A DNA stretch of 64,000 nt. Source: Phoronis australis (taxonomy: Eukaryota; Animalia; Phoronida). The notes under the pieces were generated by a model that saw only the letters and a list, made by a program, of their open reading frames with translations, had not been told where the DNA came from and did no database searches. The position numbers and the translations under genes were made by a program. The stretch covers positions 166,544 through 230,543 of the forward strand of contig NMRA01000643.1 in NCBI GenBank assembly GCA_002633005.1, in the 5' to 3' direction. Shown one piece after another: positions 51,019 through 63,438 of the stretch (position 1 is its first letter; each line of letters starts with the position of its first letter).

Positions 51019-53245
51019 GTAGGCTTATGTGCGTTTGATGCGTTGTTGGGTTCAACTTAGGTCGTGAATAATGTGACAAATTTACTTACATTTTTAGAAA
51101 ATGTACGGCCTTCGACTTAAATGAGGGACTGGCATCAGCAGTAAATGAAATAATTGATTTTGTTGTAAAAAGTAACAATTTATGGCCAATTTTATGCAAA
51201 AATAATCACCAAAATTGGCCTTTCGTCTTGGTCAAGGGCTTATTACGGTATTGTCTTTATTGTTTTACTGTGAGCCTATTTTTTCTTCCATACTCGATTA
51301 AGGGTTGTCTTTGTGGTTGTAGTAGCTAGAGGGCAGTGGAAAGTGCTTCAAGGATAGAACTGACCTGTATCATTATGGCTAAGAAAGGTGAATTTTGACC
51401 TTCTGTTGCCCGTTATCGTTCAAGGTATATTCTCAGTACTAGTAGCTTTTGACAATGTCATTTGATATTGACCCGCACTCTTATGTTGGTACACATGTGG
51501 GACTATTGACCCAAATGCATGTGCTTGATTATAACTCTGAAACCGATATGCCAATAGTTTATGTCCTTGAGGAGCATTTTTGGTGTCTGGCCTTGACTAA
51601 GTTTCACTCCCCAGTGTGTATTTGTTAATGTATGAGCACACATAACCAGGCATGCATGGGTTAAAAATATTTTTCCAATAAAAACATGGAAGTTACCTGT
51701 GACAAGGGACCGTTTGCAGTCCAACGTCTCTTCCACAGGTGAATTTACTATTGTGTACATCATATAATACTAAATGCATTTAGAAATTGTTTCGGACAAT
51801 CGCTAGTAAATGGTTGATATTTTAGAATTAGGGTATTTTTAAAATCAATCTTTTTGTGAAATAATTGTGCTTGCGCACAATAGCTAACACAAAAATTTAA
51901 TGGTAGTAAAATGGAAGTTCCCATTTTACTGGTGGTAACATTGTACAAACAATGTCCAGTATTTGAATTGATTTACTTTGAATATTTGATGACCTGGTTA
52001 TTTAAAGCATGCCAATCCAATGAGTGTATGCATCAGGGTTAGGGTGTTCATAAACTGAACTGACCTAGATATACTTGTGTGGCTTTGATGGGCTCTGTCA
52101 TACAATGTCCTATCACGACAATCTGTGACTACACAAATTACGAATTTTTGGATCGCTGGTGCATGACACTTGTAGAAGATTGGAAATAAATGACACTCCA
52201 CAAATATATCCATTGTCTTGTTGATTTCTTCTCGCAAACTATGACTTTTCAAGTCTTTAACTAGTTTCTTTTGGAATTCTCTCGATTCACCTCCATTTTT
52301 GTTTACACCTGAGGAGTCCTTGTAGACTTGTGCAGGACTGTGACTTGTTGTTTTTAATTAAATTGTGGGGTGCATAGCTTGAAAAACTTGATGTCAGTAA
52401 ATTGATGTCTGATGAAAACCATTTTTACTGTGGCACAAATGGCATTCAATGTAAGTGGATTGTAAAGCATAGACTCAGTGGGTAGAAATGTGACCAATCT
52501 GTATGTTTGCTGATTTTTTGCTTGTTCAATGTAGATGTTTTTGATAGCCTGGTATGTGCAGATGGTAAGTGATTGCATATTATTTTTTATGTCTAAACGT
52601 GACCATATAGGTTTTCTTTATGAAAGCGATCACAGATTTTATTTTTTGCCCCTCAGTTCAAGATATGGACTTAAGATAACTAGGAAACTTGTTTAATATA
52701 CAAATACTTTCTTCATGGTTTGCAGGTTACCCACGCTGGGCTATATGTGTTTTGCAAATTGCCAGTTGCCTACGTAGTTCAGTGCATGGAATGGGCATTA
52801 TAAATCCCATTATTGAACCACACAAAATATGTCGCTATTCTTTACCCTCAGGCTGTTAGAATAGGGTTTCCGTCTTTCGATTTCACCACCATTTCCCCTT
52901 ACATAATCAACGTGATTCATATGCTTTATTGTTTCAATCAACTTGACTTAGATTTCAATTTTGTTGGAATTGGTATTGCATTCACTTTCATGTATACAAG
53001 GGAAATTAAATGTTAATTACATAGCAGCCTCATACTTATAGCCTGTTTCTGCCTGTTTATTTGTTTGTTTTATTTGTTCATTCTATTGTAAATAGATCTT
53101 TCAATTCACATTAATTTTGTCTCAGTGTTGTACCCATATCTAGTGATTCACTCTCGGAGTAATTGTATTTGTATCACATTAGTGTGAATCTCTATTAATC
53201 AATATATAAAAATCCCACTTGTAGTATGCTCACAAGCACATTCAA

Positions 53246-53462
53246 CAGGGCTTGGAATTTTCTCCTTTAATCAGGATTTTTTGGTTTTGATTTCCTCTTT
53301 TCTTTCATTCAGCTCTTTTTTTATCATTTTGTCTTCACTCATGCGAAACGTTTATTTCTGTAAAATTTTACAACACAAAAGCTATGTCTCACAAGCTTAT
53401 TTATTTGTGGAATGATACATCACCTGGAAAATTTTCCTCTTGTTTGGTCATTCCAAGCCCTG
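53246..53462. mobile_element. hAT-like MITE (CAGGGCTTGGAAT family)
   Basis: Perfect 13-bp TIRs; flanks attcaa/atttaa. Confidence 0.85.
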
Positions 53463-53545
53463 ATTTAACTCCACACTAGACAGAGAATACATTGTTACCT
53501 TCTATGTGTTGGATGTTAATATTAACTAGACTATTTCTTTCACAG

Positions 53546-53676
53546 GTTATGGAGTTGAGTACGATTACATGGACCCTCGACAGATCAAAACTACTCTGGA
53601 GACCAAGCGCGTACAGAATCTCTACTTCGCTGGTCAAATCAATGGGACAACAGGCTATGAAGAAGCCGCCGCCCAG
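53546..53676 (+). CDS. MTO1: MTO1 internal exon (131 bp)
   Basis: tttcacag|...|gtgatt = (G)[43 protein letters not shown], the GidA signature [17 protein letters not shown]. Confidence 0.97.
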
Positions 53677-54093
53677 GTGATTAATTGACAGGAGTCATGG
53701 CAAACCCCATTATCATCTTCGCGTATGAAAGTGAATTTTCACGGTGTCTCGCAAGCACTAAGTGTCTTAAGTTTCTGCTTTGTCTAAAGCATTAATTTTT
53801 ACCATACATTTTGGGGACTTATTCATTTGATAAAATATCATACATTTTTGACTGTCTCAGTAAAATCTCACCAATTTTAAACTGAGTATGTCCTCCCATT
53901 ACAGGCCCTGGGAAACTTTATCATTTCTTCATGAAAGATATGTCGAACCAAATTAAAGCCTATCTTGACACTTGTAAGTTTGGATCCTACAGTATATTAA
54001 GAGCATCGCTCTGAGCCTACTAGTTCCATTATTTGTCAAATGTAACGAACTGTTGGGGTTATTGGTTAGCTCTTGTCTACATCAACGCGAGTA

Positions 54094-56399
54094 CCGTATT
54101 TGCCCTAATAAGCGCCCATGGTGCCTAGAAAATTCATTTCAGGAGGGGAGTGCTTATTATAGCCTAAGGCAGTTGAAACCTGGTCTCTGAAACGCGTGAA
54201 ATCTTAAGCTAGGATTCATCAAATTTACACTCTGTGACATATTTGTAACCTAATTTATGCAGACTTTCTACAAAATTGTGGTGCATTGCTATCATTATAG
54301 CTTCAAACTTGTTAAATTACGATCATTTTTCATTAAATATGTGCTGAAACCCCTGGGCGAAAACTCACCGACTGATGCATTGTTGCCTGGCAATTGTTGA
54401 TAAAGCAACTTTAATTCTTGAATGAAAATACAGTTTCGACTCAACAAATTACCTGAAGTCCTTAAGTTTTCAAAATAGCGTTCCTAAGATTTTTAAGTTC
54501 CTGTGGATTCGGGATTAACTGCATATTAAGTCCAAATCTGTGCTAGATCGTACTCCGTAACACGAGAAAATCTGGATGAACACATTATGTTGTTGTCACG
54601 TGAGGTTTGTTTTGAAGTTCATCTTTGTATTGTGTGAGTCAGCAGTGAGCAGGTGTGTGCGTGTCATCTGAGTTCATTTGCCAAATTAAACTCAATGTAA
54701 CGATCTAGGTGTGCATTGTAACTAAAGAAATTAACACAAGCAGTAAAGCAGATTGTGTTTTATTTAGCACTTGTTGATCTCATCTGCTAAAAAACGTTCG
54801 AGAACTGTCTCGGTGAGTCGCCGGGTGACTGGATGCATGACAGTCTAACGGTTATTTTCTGGGAGATTCGGGGTATGTTAGGTGCGGAAATGCTCACTAT
54901 CAGTGGTTTAGTTTGACTCTGAAAACACCAATTATGATTAATATAATATTTCCTCCTAAAAATAATGCGTACTTTTTATGGTATTAGAAACTTTCAAAAA
55001 TTAGTGCCAATATTTATTTCTTGCCGATGCTATGCTACCTGTTTGATGAATAGACAGTTCCCAAAGACTAATGTCTTGGATGACAGGTACATGCATGTAG
55101 TGCGCTTCCTGGTCACGTGCTTTTAACAAAGGTCAATTTTTTATTAGTCTTCGATTCACAAAGAAATTTGGATTCCTCTTGAGAGAGAAGATCTGTGCGG
55201 GAAACACACAATACAATCCCTTAAACAAATACGCTGTCTGTCCTGAAGGGCCAGGCCATAATGGGACCCATTTCTTGCAAGATCAGCAAAACTTGCGTTC
55301 TTTTTGAAGCACGACGGAAGTTTGAAGTGTATGGTCACTGCTAAAAACCGACATTGCGGCAAGGCTCGTGAACTTGGCAATCGGCCAGTTACCATCTTTT
55401 CAGATAGCCAGGCAGCAATAAAAGCCCTAAAGAAACTAAGGGTCAACTGTCGTTGTGTTAATGCTTGTATTAATGAGCCTAACAAGCTTGCAATTGAAAG
55501 AACCGTCAATATAGGCTGAGTCAGGGCCCATGTGGGAATTGATGGCAATGAGAATGCAGACAGACTCACAAAGATAGGAGCAAGCATTCTGCATTTTGTG
55601 CCTGAACCTGCTATCCCGGTAGCTTACGGATGTTGCAGGATGGGTGTACGCAACTGGGTACATACCCAGTCAGCAGCCCAGTGGGCATCACTTAACTCCT
55701 ACAGAGAGACCAAGGAGAATTTTCCCAACGTGATCGAACCAAAAGGTTCAAAAAGCCTTCTGAGTCTAGATAGATTGGGTGTAAAACACGTCATTCAAAT
55801 TTTGACGGGCCACTGCAACCTAGCCCGACATAGACACATTACTGGGCATATGGGGAGCCCTGTGTGTCCTGAGTGTTGTACTGACGTAGAATCTCCTAAA
55901 CACCTGGTAGAGTCTTGCCCAGCTTTTTATAGACTAAGGAGCAACCTACTGGATGGCACTGATACATGCCTACAACATATAGTGCATGGCAACAAATGGA
56001 AACGTCAGTCCGTTTTCCTAAAAGAGACTGGCAGACTTGAAAACTTTCTTCATGAGGAGCCATAATTGGGCTCTCGTGCTTTTGCTCAGGTGTTTTGTGC
56101 AATGGGCCTAACCATGAGGCCTGCTGCACATCTGATGCACCGCAAATGACATCCGACCACCTGCACTGTTTTTTTTGTTTTTTTTAAGGCTCGTGGTTTA
56201 CAAATACCGCGCTCAATGACTATTTTCAGGACTGTCAGATCTAATTGATAAATTGAAGATGTACTGTAGAATTTTAGAACTGTAGGTAAGGTATTTTTTG
56301 CTTGTACACGTTCATGGAATGGGCGCTTATCTTAAGGAAGTCTGAAAACGCGTGAGGGGGTGCTTACAGGGGCATGGGTGCTTATTCGGGCGAATACGG
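54094..56399 (+). mobile_element. Tc2/pogo-like MITE with both TIRs, hosting a LINE fragment
   Basis: TA|ccgtatttgccctaataagcgcccatg ... catgggtgcttattcgggcgaatacgg|TA. Confidence 0.88.
55371..56185 (+). mobile_element. 5'-truncated LINE 3' end with RNase H and CCHC knuckle (I group: Loa/R1/I-like)
   Basis: IFSDSQAAIKAL...*VRAHVGIDGNENADRL, LTGHC, CPECC..ES..HLVESCP. 10-bp TSD aaggctcgtg at 55361-55370 and 56186-56195. Confidence 0.9.
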
Positions 56400-56984
56400 T
56401 ATCACCTTTTAATTCAAACAGCTGCGAATATCACCCGCATGCAGTTGTGTTCTAATCAGACCCCTATTCAATACAACTGTTATCGACCTTTTGTTTGTGC
56501 AGGGATCTCGGGGCGCGAAAAGGCAGCTTCACATTTGCCTTCATTTGCATGATTAAACTAGTGTCTTCTTGTTTTCCCAAGGATTTTCTAGGAGTACTGG
56601 TGAGACCAATACATCTAAATTAAAAAAATTCCATTGAAGTTCGGCTTTAATGCTTTGCCATTTTCAGGTTCTGCTTGATACCTACCACCAGACAATATTT
56701 TTAGAATTTGTCGACATCCCCAAAAATGTTAGAAACGCTTGAAATATGAAAAGAAGCAGTTTGGGGAATTATTACCATCTAAAGTTGGTGTGTTTTACCC
56801 TACTGGCCATTCTAAAGACCTGTAGGCAGCTGATGTTGACAGGTAATGCCTTTGTTACCATCTACTAAACTTACATGTCCACCCTGCTGGTCTTCGTTGG
56901 TCTATAAAACCACAATTACACCATATCATAATTCCTCATTCTTTGGATTTGTTGCTTGCATAACTTTGCTGCTGTTTTCCACAG

Positions 56985-57189
56985 GGCATCATTGCTGGGA
57001 TCAATGCTGCCTTGAAGGTCCAATCCAACCCACCTTTCACTGTGGATAGGACTGAGGCTTACATTGGCGTACTTATTGACGACCTGACCACTCACGGAAC
57101 AAACGAACCTTACAGGATGTTTACCAGTAGAGCAGAATTTCGGCTGTCACTCAGGCCAGATAATGCAGACCTGCGACTCACTGCTAAGG
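56985..57189 (+). CDS. MTO1: MTO1 internal exon (205 bp)
   Basis: tttccacag|...|gttagt = [68 protein letters not shown](G). Confidence 0.97.
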
Positions 57190-58428
57190 GTTAGTTATTA
57201 ACTAGCTCATGAAACGGGCATGAAATAAAGCGTGCTTGTTGACAGTGGCATTTGGTGATTTACAGTAAATGCTGATTATTTCTTTTGGCCGACTGGGCCA
57301 GTTTACCTGGGTTTACATTACAGAGCCTGTTCGGTCTCACTCTACCATTCATCAGGGTAGTGATCCTTGGTTTATGTAACCGAATTAATTTACTGGTTCA
57401 AGCAAGGCGTGATAACAACAGATAATATTGTAAACGTTGGGGTTAATGCTCTGTGCACGTATTAAATTGGCGAGTCCGGAATTCTGAGGTGAGCGTTACT
57501 CAGAGCTAGGTGCTTAAATTTCTAGAATTCGAAGGTGGGTGCTTACCAGTCCTGTACATGGGCTCTTAACGTGAGCTAGACAGTGACCCTGGCAGCCTAA
57601 TGTCTTCAAATTTGATGTTTGCTTACCTAAGAAAAGAATTTTCTTTTTGAAAAAGTTAATTAATTGAAGTTTTTTTTGAAAAAAAATTAATTGAAGATAG
57701 AATGCTATGTCAATTTTGTCTGAATATAGTTTTGGTAAGTGTCAATTTCAACTATGCAACTGTTTTCAATGCTTTTCAGAAGTTACTAGCAGAATACAAT
57801 GTTCCTAGTGACACTCATCACGTCCAACCTTACCTACACTGTCACTTGCAATTGATACGGTGTCCGCATTTGAAAGCCTGTCTTACTATTTTGAGAATCA
57901 ATTCCGTGAAGCAAATTACAGGTTGGCACTTGTCAGAGCTAAGAGCTTAATTGAAAATTAAGTAGATAGTGCGTTCTTAGCAGACCAGTGGACCTGTAAA
58001 AAAATTCAAGAATAGGGCTTGACGATTGTGTGACCTTGGGCGTTAACCCAATAGCCAGAACATAAAGTTGACACAGTCAACTTTAACAAAAAACTGGCTA
58101 GGAATAGATTGCCTCGGCTTTACTGCTAGCCTATTCACTGCAAAGGTTTTGTAACGTTGTGTCGTATTGGTCATGCGAATGTATCTCCTTATGGTCAAGA
58201 GCTACGACTTCTCACACACAGGACTTTCCTTTCTTTGAGATACTGCACTATGCGACTTTTTTTTCTAACTTCTGCAGTTTTGCTTATTAACAGATTTAGC
58301 TCCCATCAATATTATGCAAAGCTTGAGCAGTAATTTTTATAATTTTAGGTTCAGTTTTTAAGTTAACGTCTATATCCAGTGTAATAACCACGATAACATC
58401 CAAAACAGATTGAAGCTTCTTACATACG

Positions 58429-58493
58429 TGGCCATTACCCACATGGCCATTACCCACATGGCCATTACCCACATGCCATTACCCACATGGCCA
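58429..58493. repeat. 15-bp tandem repeat (tggccattacccaca), about 4 copies
   Basis: Directly visible. Confidence 0.85.
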
Positions 58494-58970
58494 GATTTTT
58501 AAAGGGAAAGCAAGCGTTTTTGTCTTTACCTAATTTAAAATTGCTTGGAGACATTTTTTAAGTCTAAATCACTGTTTCCCTGACGTTTATTTACTATCCC
58601 CTGAACAACAGAAAGGGAAAGTCAATGTAACTGCAAAATGCCTGCATATTTGTTCTGCATTCACTTGCATTGAGCAAACAGAAATGACTGACGCAGGCTT
58701 TGTTCCAGAGCTATTAAGACTTTGGGTTGGCTCCATGAAGTGAACATAGAACTAAGATGTAGTCCTATTGTTATGCCTTGCACATCACAATCTAGTGTTC
58801 CACAGAGCAACGTGTTTCCAAGATAACCAGCGATCTGTATTTTTAAAAAATGTCACATCAAAAATCATTCTATTCCCCTTTAACCATCTGTTTTTTGAAG
58901 TTATATCCAAAAATGGTCCCTTTGTTCAGTAATGTTTCCTGTATTAACTGTGTCATCTATTTGTTATCAG

Positions 58971-59133
58971 GTCATGCAGCAGGTTGTGTCAGTAGACAAA
59001 GGTACAACAGAGCAGTGTCCATGCACAGGCAGTTAGCCGATGGTATGGAGTTGTTGAAGTCGTACAAACAGTCTCAGTACAAGTGGAGGCAAGTGATGGG
59101 ACTTCAACATAACAACAGTCCATCTTCGAAGAG
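58971..59133 (+). CDS. MTO1: MTO1 internal exon (163 bp), copy A
   Basis: ttatcag|...|gtaggc = (G)HAAGCVSRQRYNRAVSMHRQLADGMELLKSYKQSQYKWRQVMGLQHNNSPSSK(R); matches the metazoan MTO1 AGCVS..RY block; phase 1-2. Confidence 0.9.
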
Positions 59134-59604
59134 GTAGGCCTCGTCTGATGATCAACGTAGCCTACTGCAGCTTTTAGTCTATTAACTTTTTATTGAGAAT
59201 GATCTCATCAATGCTGTTAGCTGGATCCCATGGGGGCAGCTCAACACATTTACATCATATTTTTTTCCATTTACACATTCAAGTTGAGACCAAACACAAG
59301 AGGCAATCAGTGCAGTGCATCTTAATTTCCTTTATGTGAATTCTGAAAACCAGTAATTAGTTACTGGGCATGTCACCAGCACTTTTACTTCAATATGATA
59401 AAAATAATTACCACCATGCAACACTATTTCAATCATTAGTCTTGTAACTCTGGCTTTTCAAACATGACTTAAGATTTTTCTGGGCTTTTCAAACATGGCT
59501 TAAGATTTCGCACCGTGTTTGAATACATGTTGGGTGAACGCTGATACTCAACTGTTGTAGGGACTATTCACAAATTGTAACCATTTTCACAATAAATAAT
59601 ATGC

Positions 59605-60019
59605 TTTTTATGCGCCCACATATTTATATGTGGACGCATTATGCCGTCATCTCCGTCCGTCCGGGCAGCATCCGTCCGGCGTCCGCTGCTCTATCTCCAA
59701 AACCCTTTGACATACGTTCATGAAATTTGGCACATATGTGCCATTCATGAATGGGACGGCACGTCCGAAATTTTGGACGGATCCGACTACCGGTGTGCCC
59801 CCTAGTGGCAATTTTAGTTTTTTACGCTTACCTTTGTATCTTCAAAACTCCTGAATGGATTTTCATGAAATTTGGTATGTAGGCACCTATTAGTGAGATG
59901 ACGCTATCCTCCCGTTTTCAGATGGATTCGACATAGTTTGCGCCACCTAGTGGCCATTTTTAGTGTTTTCGAGTCTGTTTTTGTGCGTCCACCCCTCTAT
60001 CAACCAAACCGCTCAAAGG
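59605..60019 (+). mobile_element. HINE/DINE-like element cut by the gap N at 60020
   Basis: tttttatgcgcccaca...tgtggacgcat...(gtcc)n start. Confidence 0.8.
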
Positions 60020-60427
60020 NCTTTACCTAATTTAAAATTGCTTGGAGACATTTTTTAAGTCTAAATCACTGTTTCCCTGACGTTTATTTACTATCCCCTG
60101 AACAACAGAAAGGGAAAGTCAATGTAACTGCAAAATGCCTGCATATTTGTTCTGCATTCACTTGCATTGAGCAAACAGAAATGACTGACACAGGCTTTTT
60201 TCCAGAGCTATTAATACTTTGGGTTTGCTCCATGGAAGTGAACATAGAACTAAGATGTATCCTATTGTTATGCCTTGTACATCACACTCTATTGTTCCAT
60301 ATTTTTAGAAAATGTCAAAAATGATTCTATTCCCCTTTAACCATCTGTTTTTAGAAGTTATATCCAAAACTGGTCCCTTTGTTCAGTAAGGTTTCCTGTA
60401 TTAACTGTGTCATCTATTTGTTATCAG

Positions 60428-60590
60428 GTCACGCGGCAGGTTGTGTCAGTAGACAAAGGTACAACAGAGCAGTGTCCATGCACAGGCAGTTAGCCGATGG
60501 TATGGAGTTGTTAAAGTCGTACAAACAGTCTCAGTACAAGTGGAGGCAAGTGATGGGACTTCAACATAACAACAGTCCATCTTCGAAGAG
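60428..60590 (+). CDS. MTO1: MTO1 163-bp exon, copy B (probably the other allele)
   Basis: Same peptide as copy A with three synonymous changes; part of the duplication 58524-59590 ~ 60021-61005 that begins at the N. Confidence 0.75.
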
Positions 60591-61080
60591 GTAGGCCTTG
60601 TCTGATAATCAACGTAGCCTACTGCAGCTTTTAGTCTATTAACTTTTTAATGAGGATGATCTCATCAATGCTGTTAGCTGGATCCCATGGGAGCCGCTCA
60701 ACACATTTACATCATACTTTTTTTCCATTTACACATTCAAGTTGAGACCAAACGCAAGAGGCAATCAGTGCAGTGCATCTTAATTTCCTTTCTGTGAATT
60801 CTGAAAACCAGTAATTAGTTACTGGGCATGTCACCAGCACTTTTACTTCATTAGTCTTGTAACTCTGGCTTTTCAAACATGACTTAAGATTTTTCTGGGC
60901 TTTTCAAACATGGCTTAATATTTCGCACCGTGTTTGAATACATGTTGGGTGAACGCTGATACTCAACTGTTGTAGGGACTATTCACAAATTGTAACCATT
61001 TTCACTTCAAAGCCTACAAACTCGCGAGGGATTGGAAGTGACAGCTCATGTGGGCCCGTTGCACTGATCACCTAGAACCA

Positions 61081-61782
61081 TTTTTATGCGCACAGATATT
61101 TATATGTAGACGCATTATGCCGTCATCCACGTCCGTCCATATCTTCAAAGGTCCTCAACGGATTGTCATGAAATTTGGAACATAGGCATCTATTGGTGAA
61201 ATGACGCAATCCTTCTGTTTTCAAATAGACTCGAGATGTTTTGTGCTACCTAGTGGCCATTTTTGCAGTTTTCAAGTCTGTTTTTGGCGTCCGCCCCTCT
61301 ATCAACCAAACTATTTTAAGGATGATTTTGAAAATTTGCGTAATATTCTCAGTGTGAAGACAACAGTTGACGATGACGACTTTGACCACTGTGTCACCTC
61401 CTAGTGACAATTTTGTTTTGTTTTGCGCCCATAGCTGTTTCTGCTAAACCCACTGCAGAATCTTAAATTAATAAATTTTATTAATATGTGTATTTTATAT
61501 GAAGTTAACAACAGACGGCGACAACTTTCAGAGGGATACGACGAACGCTGTGCCCCCTAGTGGCAATTTCATTTTTTCCATCTTTTTTTGTTTAGCTGAA
61601 GTTCCGTGGCTGATTTTTATGAAATTTATTAAACAACTCTATTAAAAATGATGGCATGTTCCCTATTTCGGATAGATTCTACGTATTTTGCGCCATTTTT
61701 ATGATACAAATAAACAACCCTAGAAGCACACCGTTTGTGGTGCATTCGTGGGTGCATTTCAACGATCTGCGTCGCTCTTGTT
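61081..61782 (+). mobile_element. HINE/DINE-like element, older short copy with both ends
   Basis: 5' tttttatgcgcacag...tgtagacgcat; 3' gtgggtgcat + stem-loop + ctcttgtt. Confidence 0.78.
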
Positions 61783-62694
61783 ACACTTTATTAATATATA
61801 GCTAAAACCAAGCTGAGGAGCTAGAGACCTGAGTCAAGATTGTAGCAGTGTGCCTCAGTGGGACTTTGAGTAAAGGAGGCAGACACTTCAGTAAGCCAAT
61901 AGGCCACTCTGCCTTCTCTTGAAACTAATACAGTACATATCAATTGAATTATGTGTGATCAATTATAAATTAAAAAAAGTATGCAAAATACGTGTGGTCA
62001 TACGTGACTGTTGAAAGCAAGTATTTTTGTTGTGCCTGACACGATCTTTTGTTGGCTGTCATGTTTTCAGTTGAAGCAACTCTGGCATTGACTGATAAGC
62101 TGCGGTTAATTAAATTTTAGTGTGTGAATAATTAATGTTACACTTATGACCGTATAGAAAGCATACAAGGACTACCGCCTTCTGCCAAGACATTGCAGAT
62201 CGCCATAATGTGTTTTCAAACATTTCTTCAACTTACGATCAAAACGTTTTACCAGAATGCGATCGAACTGTTTCAAGCTAGGTGTTCAGTTTGTAACGTG
62301 AGACAGATTCCAAGTATTCTTCATTATACACATTGACCACTTAAGGATCCCGTGTCATTAAGCTCACTCTCAGAACATCCAAGTCCCTCTTGACATCTTG
62401 AGATAACGGGGTGCAGACAACCATCCAAAAATGTGCAACATTATGTGAGATTTTATAACTCTTCATTAGTTCCCATTCATTTTTTTCTTATCCTGAAGTC
62501 TGTACTGAGAATTGTCTTGATGTGAATGGATGCTTTGGCAAAATATTTATCCTGTGAATTTATGAAAATATCGCTCATCAAAAAGTATTGCTCAGCAAAT
62601 GAAAGCACACGATATTTAGTACTTAAAACCAAAGTGTTGGCATCAAAACTTGGACAAGGCTAGGCCGGCTCTAATTTCTCGATATTAATTTCAG

Positions 62695-62813
62695 GGCTGT
62701 GGACATATTGAGTGGTGCTAATATCAGCGTAGAAATGCTTGCCAGGGCAGTGCCCGATGTGTTTGGACACTTTGTGGAGGACCCTCGGTTTAGTACCAGG
62801 ATCAAAATAGAAG
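62695..62813 (+). CDS. MTO1: MTO1 internal exon (119 bp)
   Basis: tttcag|...|gtatgt = (R)AVDILSGANISVEMLARAVPDVFGHFVEDPRFSTRIKIE(A); phase 2-1; aligns with the MTO1 ALDVL...LA.AVP...RLKIEA region. Confidence 0.9.
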
Positions 62814-62932
62814 GTATGTAGTCAAAGACATGAACATGGTGTTGATATGTACTGTATATGTAATGTGTCGACATTTGTTTCTACCTACACCAGGTAAGAT
62901 GCAAGGAGGCATAATGGTCAGTCAATAATAGA

Positions 62933-63438
62933 CAGGGCTTGGAATGACCAATGACAAAAAACGCGGAAACTTTTACCGCCCAAATCATGCGCGCTACCCA
63001 GCCTTGAAATGGTCGATGTGAACCTTTCCCTGACAAAAATCGGGAGGACTAAAAAAAAAAAATGTTACCACTATCACTAGCATTGTCTGCGTCCTTTTAG
63101 CTCGTCCTTCCACTCCCAACCCACACATTTTTGGCTGCAGAGCCGTAGTATTTGTCGCCGCGGTTTACAATAACACGAGACGCCATTGAAAATCCCACCA
63201 CGCTTACCCAGATGCCCCAGCAATGTTGACATTGACAATTTACGTTCCTCCGAAACATAAAGAGCAACTTCCACTGTTCGAAGTGAACGTCGTCTGCAAC
63301 GCCGCGGTAAGAAAGGAATTTGCCGCGGAAATTTTATATCAAATCCGATTTTTTTTACGCGGAAATATAATAAAATGCACGGACAGAACATTTGATAAAA
63401 GCGGAAATCCGCGTTTCTGCGGAAAATTCCAAGCCCTG
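62933..63438. mobile_element. hAT-like MITE (CAGGGCTTGGAAT TIR), longer subfamily, perfect 6-bp TSD
   Basis: aataga|cagggcttggaat ... attccaagccctg|aataga. Confidence 0.88.

Larger units (their letters stand above)
30480..51441. repeat. Old tandem segmental duplication: unit 1 30480-46232, unit 2 46229-51441
   Basis: Colinear blocks: 30480-32197~46229-48112, 33302-33600~48113-48315, 33810-33950~48912-49050, 37207-37489~50955-51227, 46098-46232~51295-51441. Confidence 0.9.

Noticed and set aside
38490-61404. Recurring ORFs such as ...YVDALCRHL...LYLQNPLTYVHE (38490, 49907 and others)
   Set aside because: Chance reading frames within the non-coding HINE and MITE repeats.
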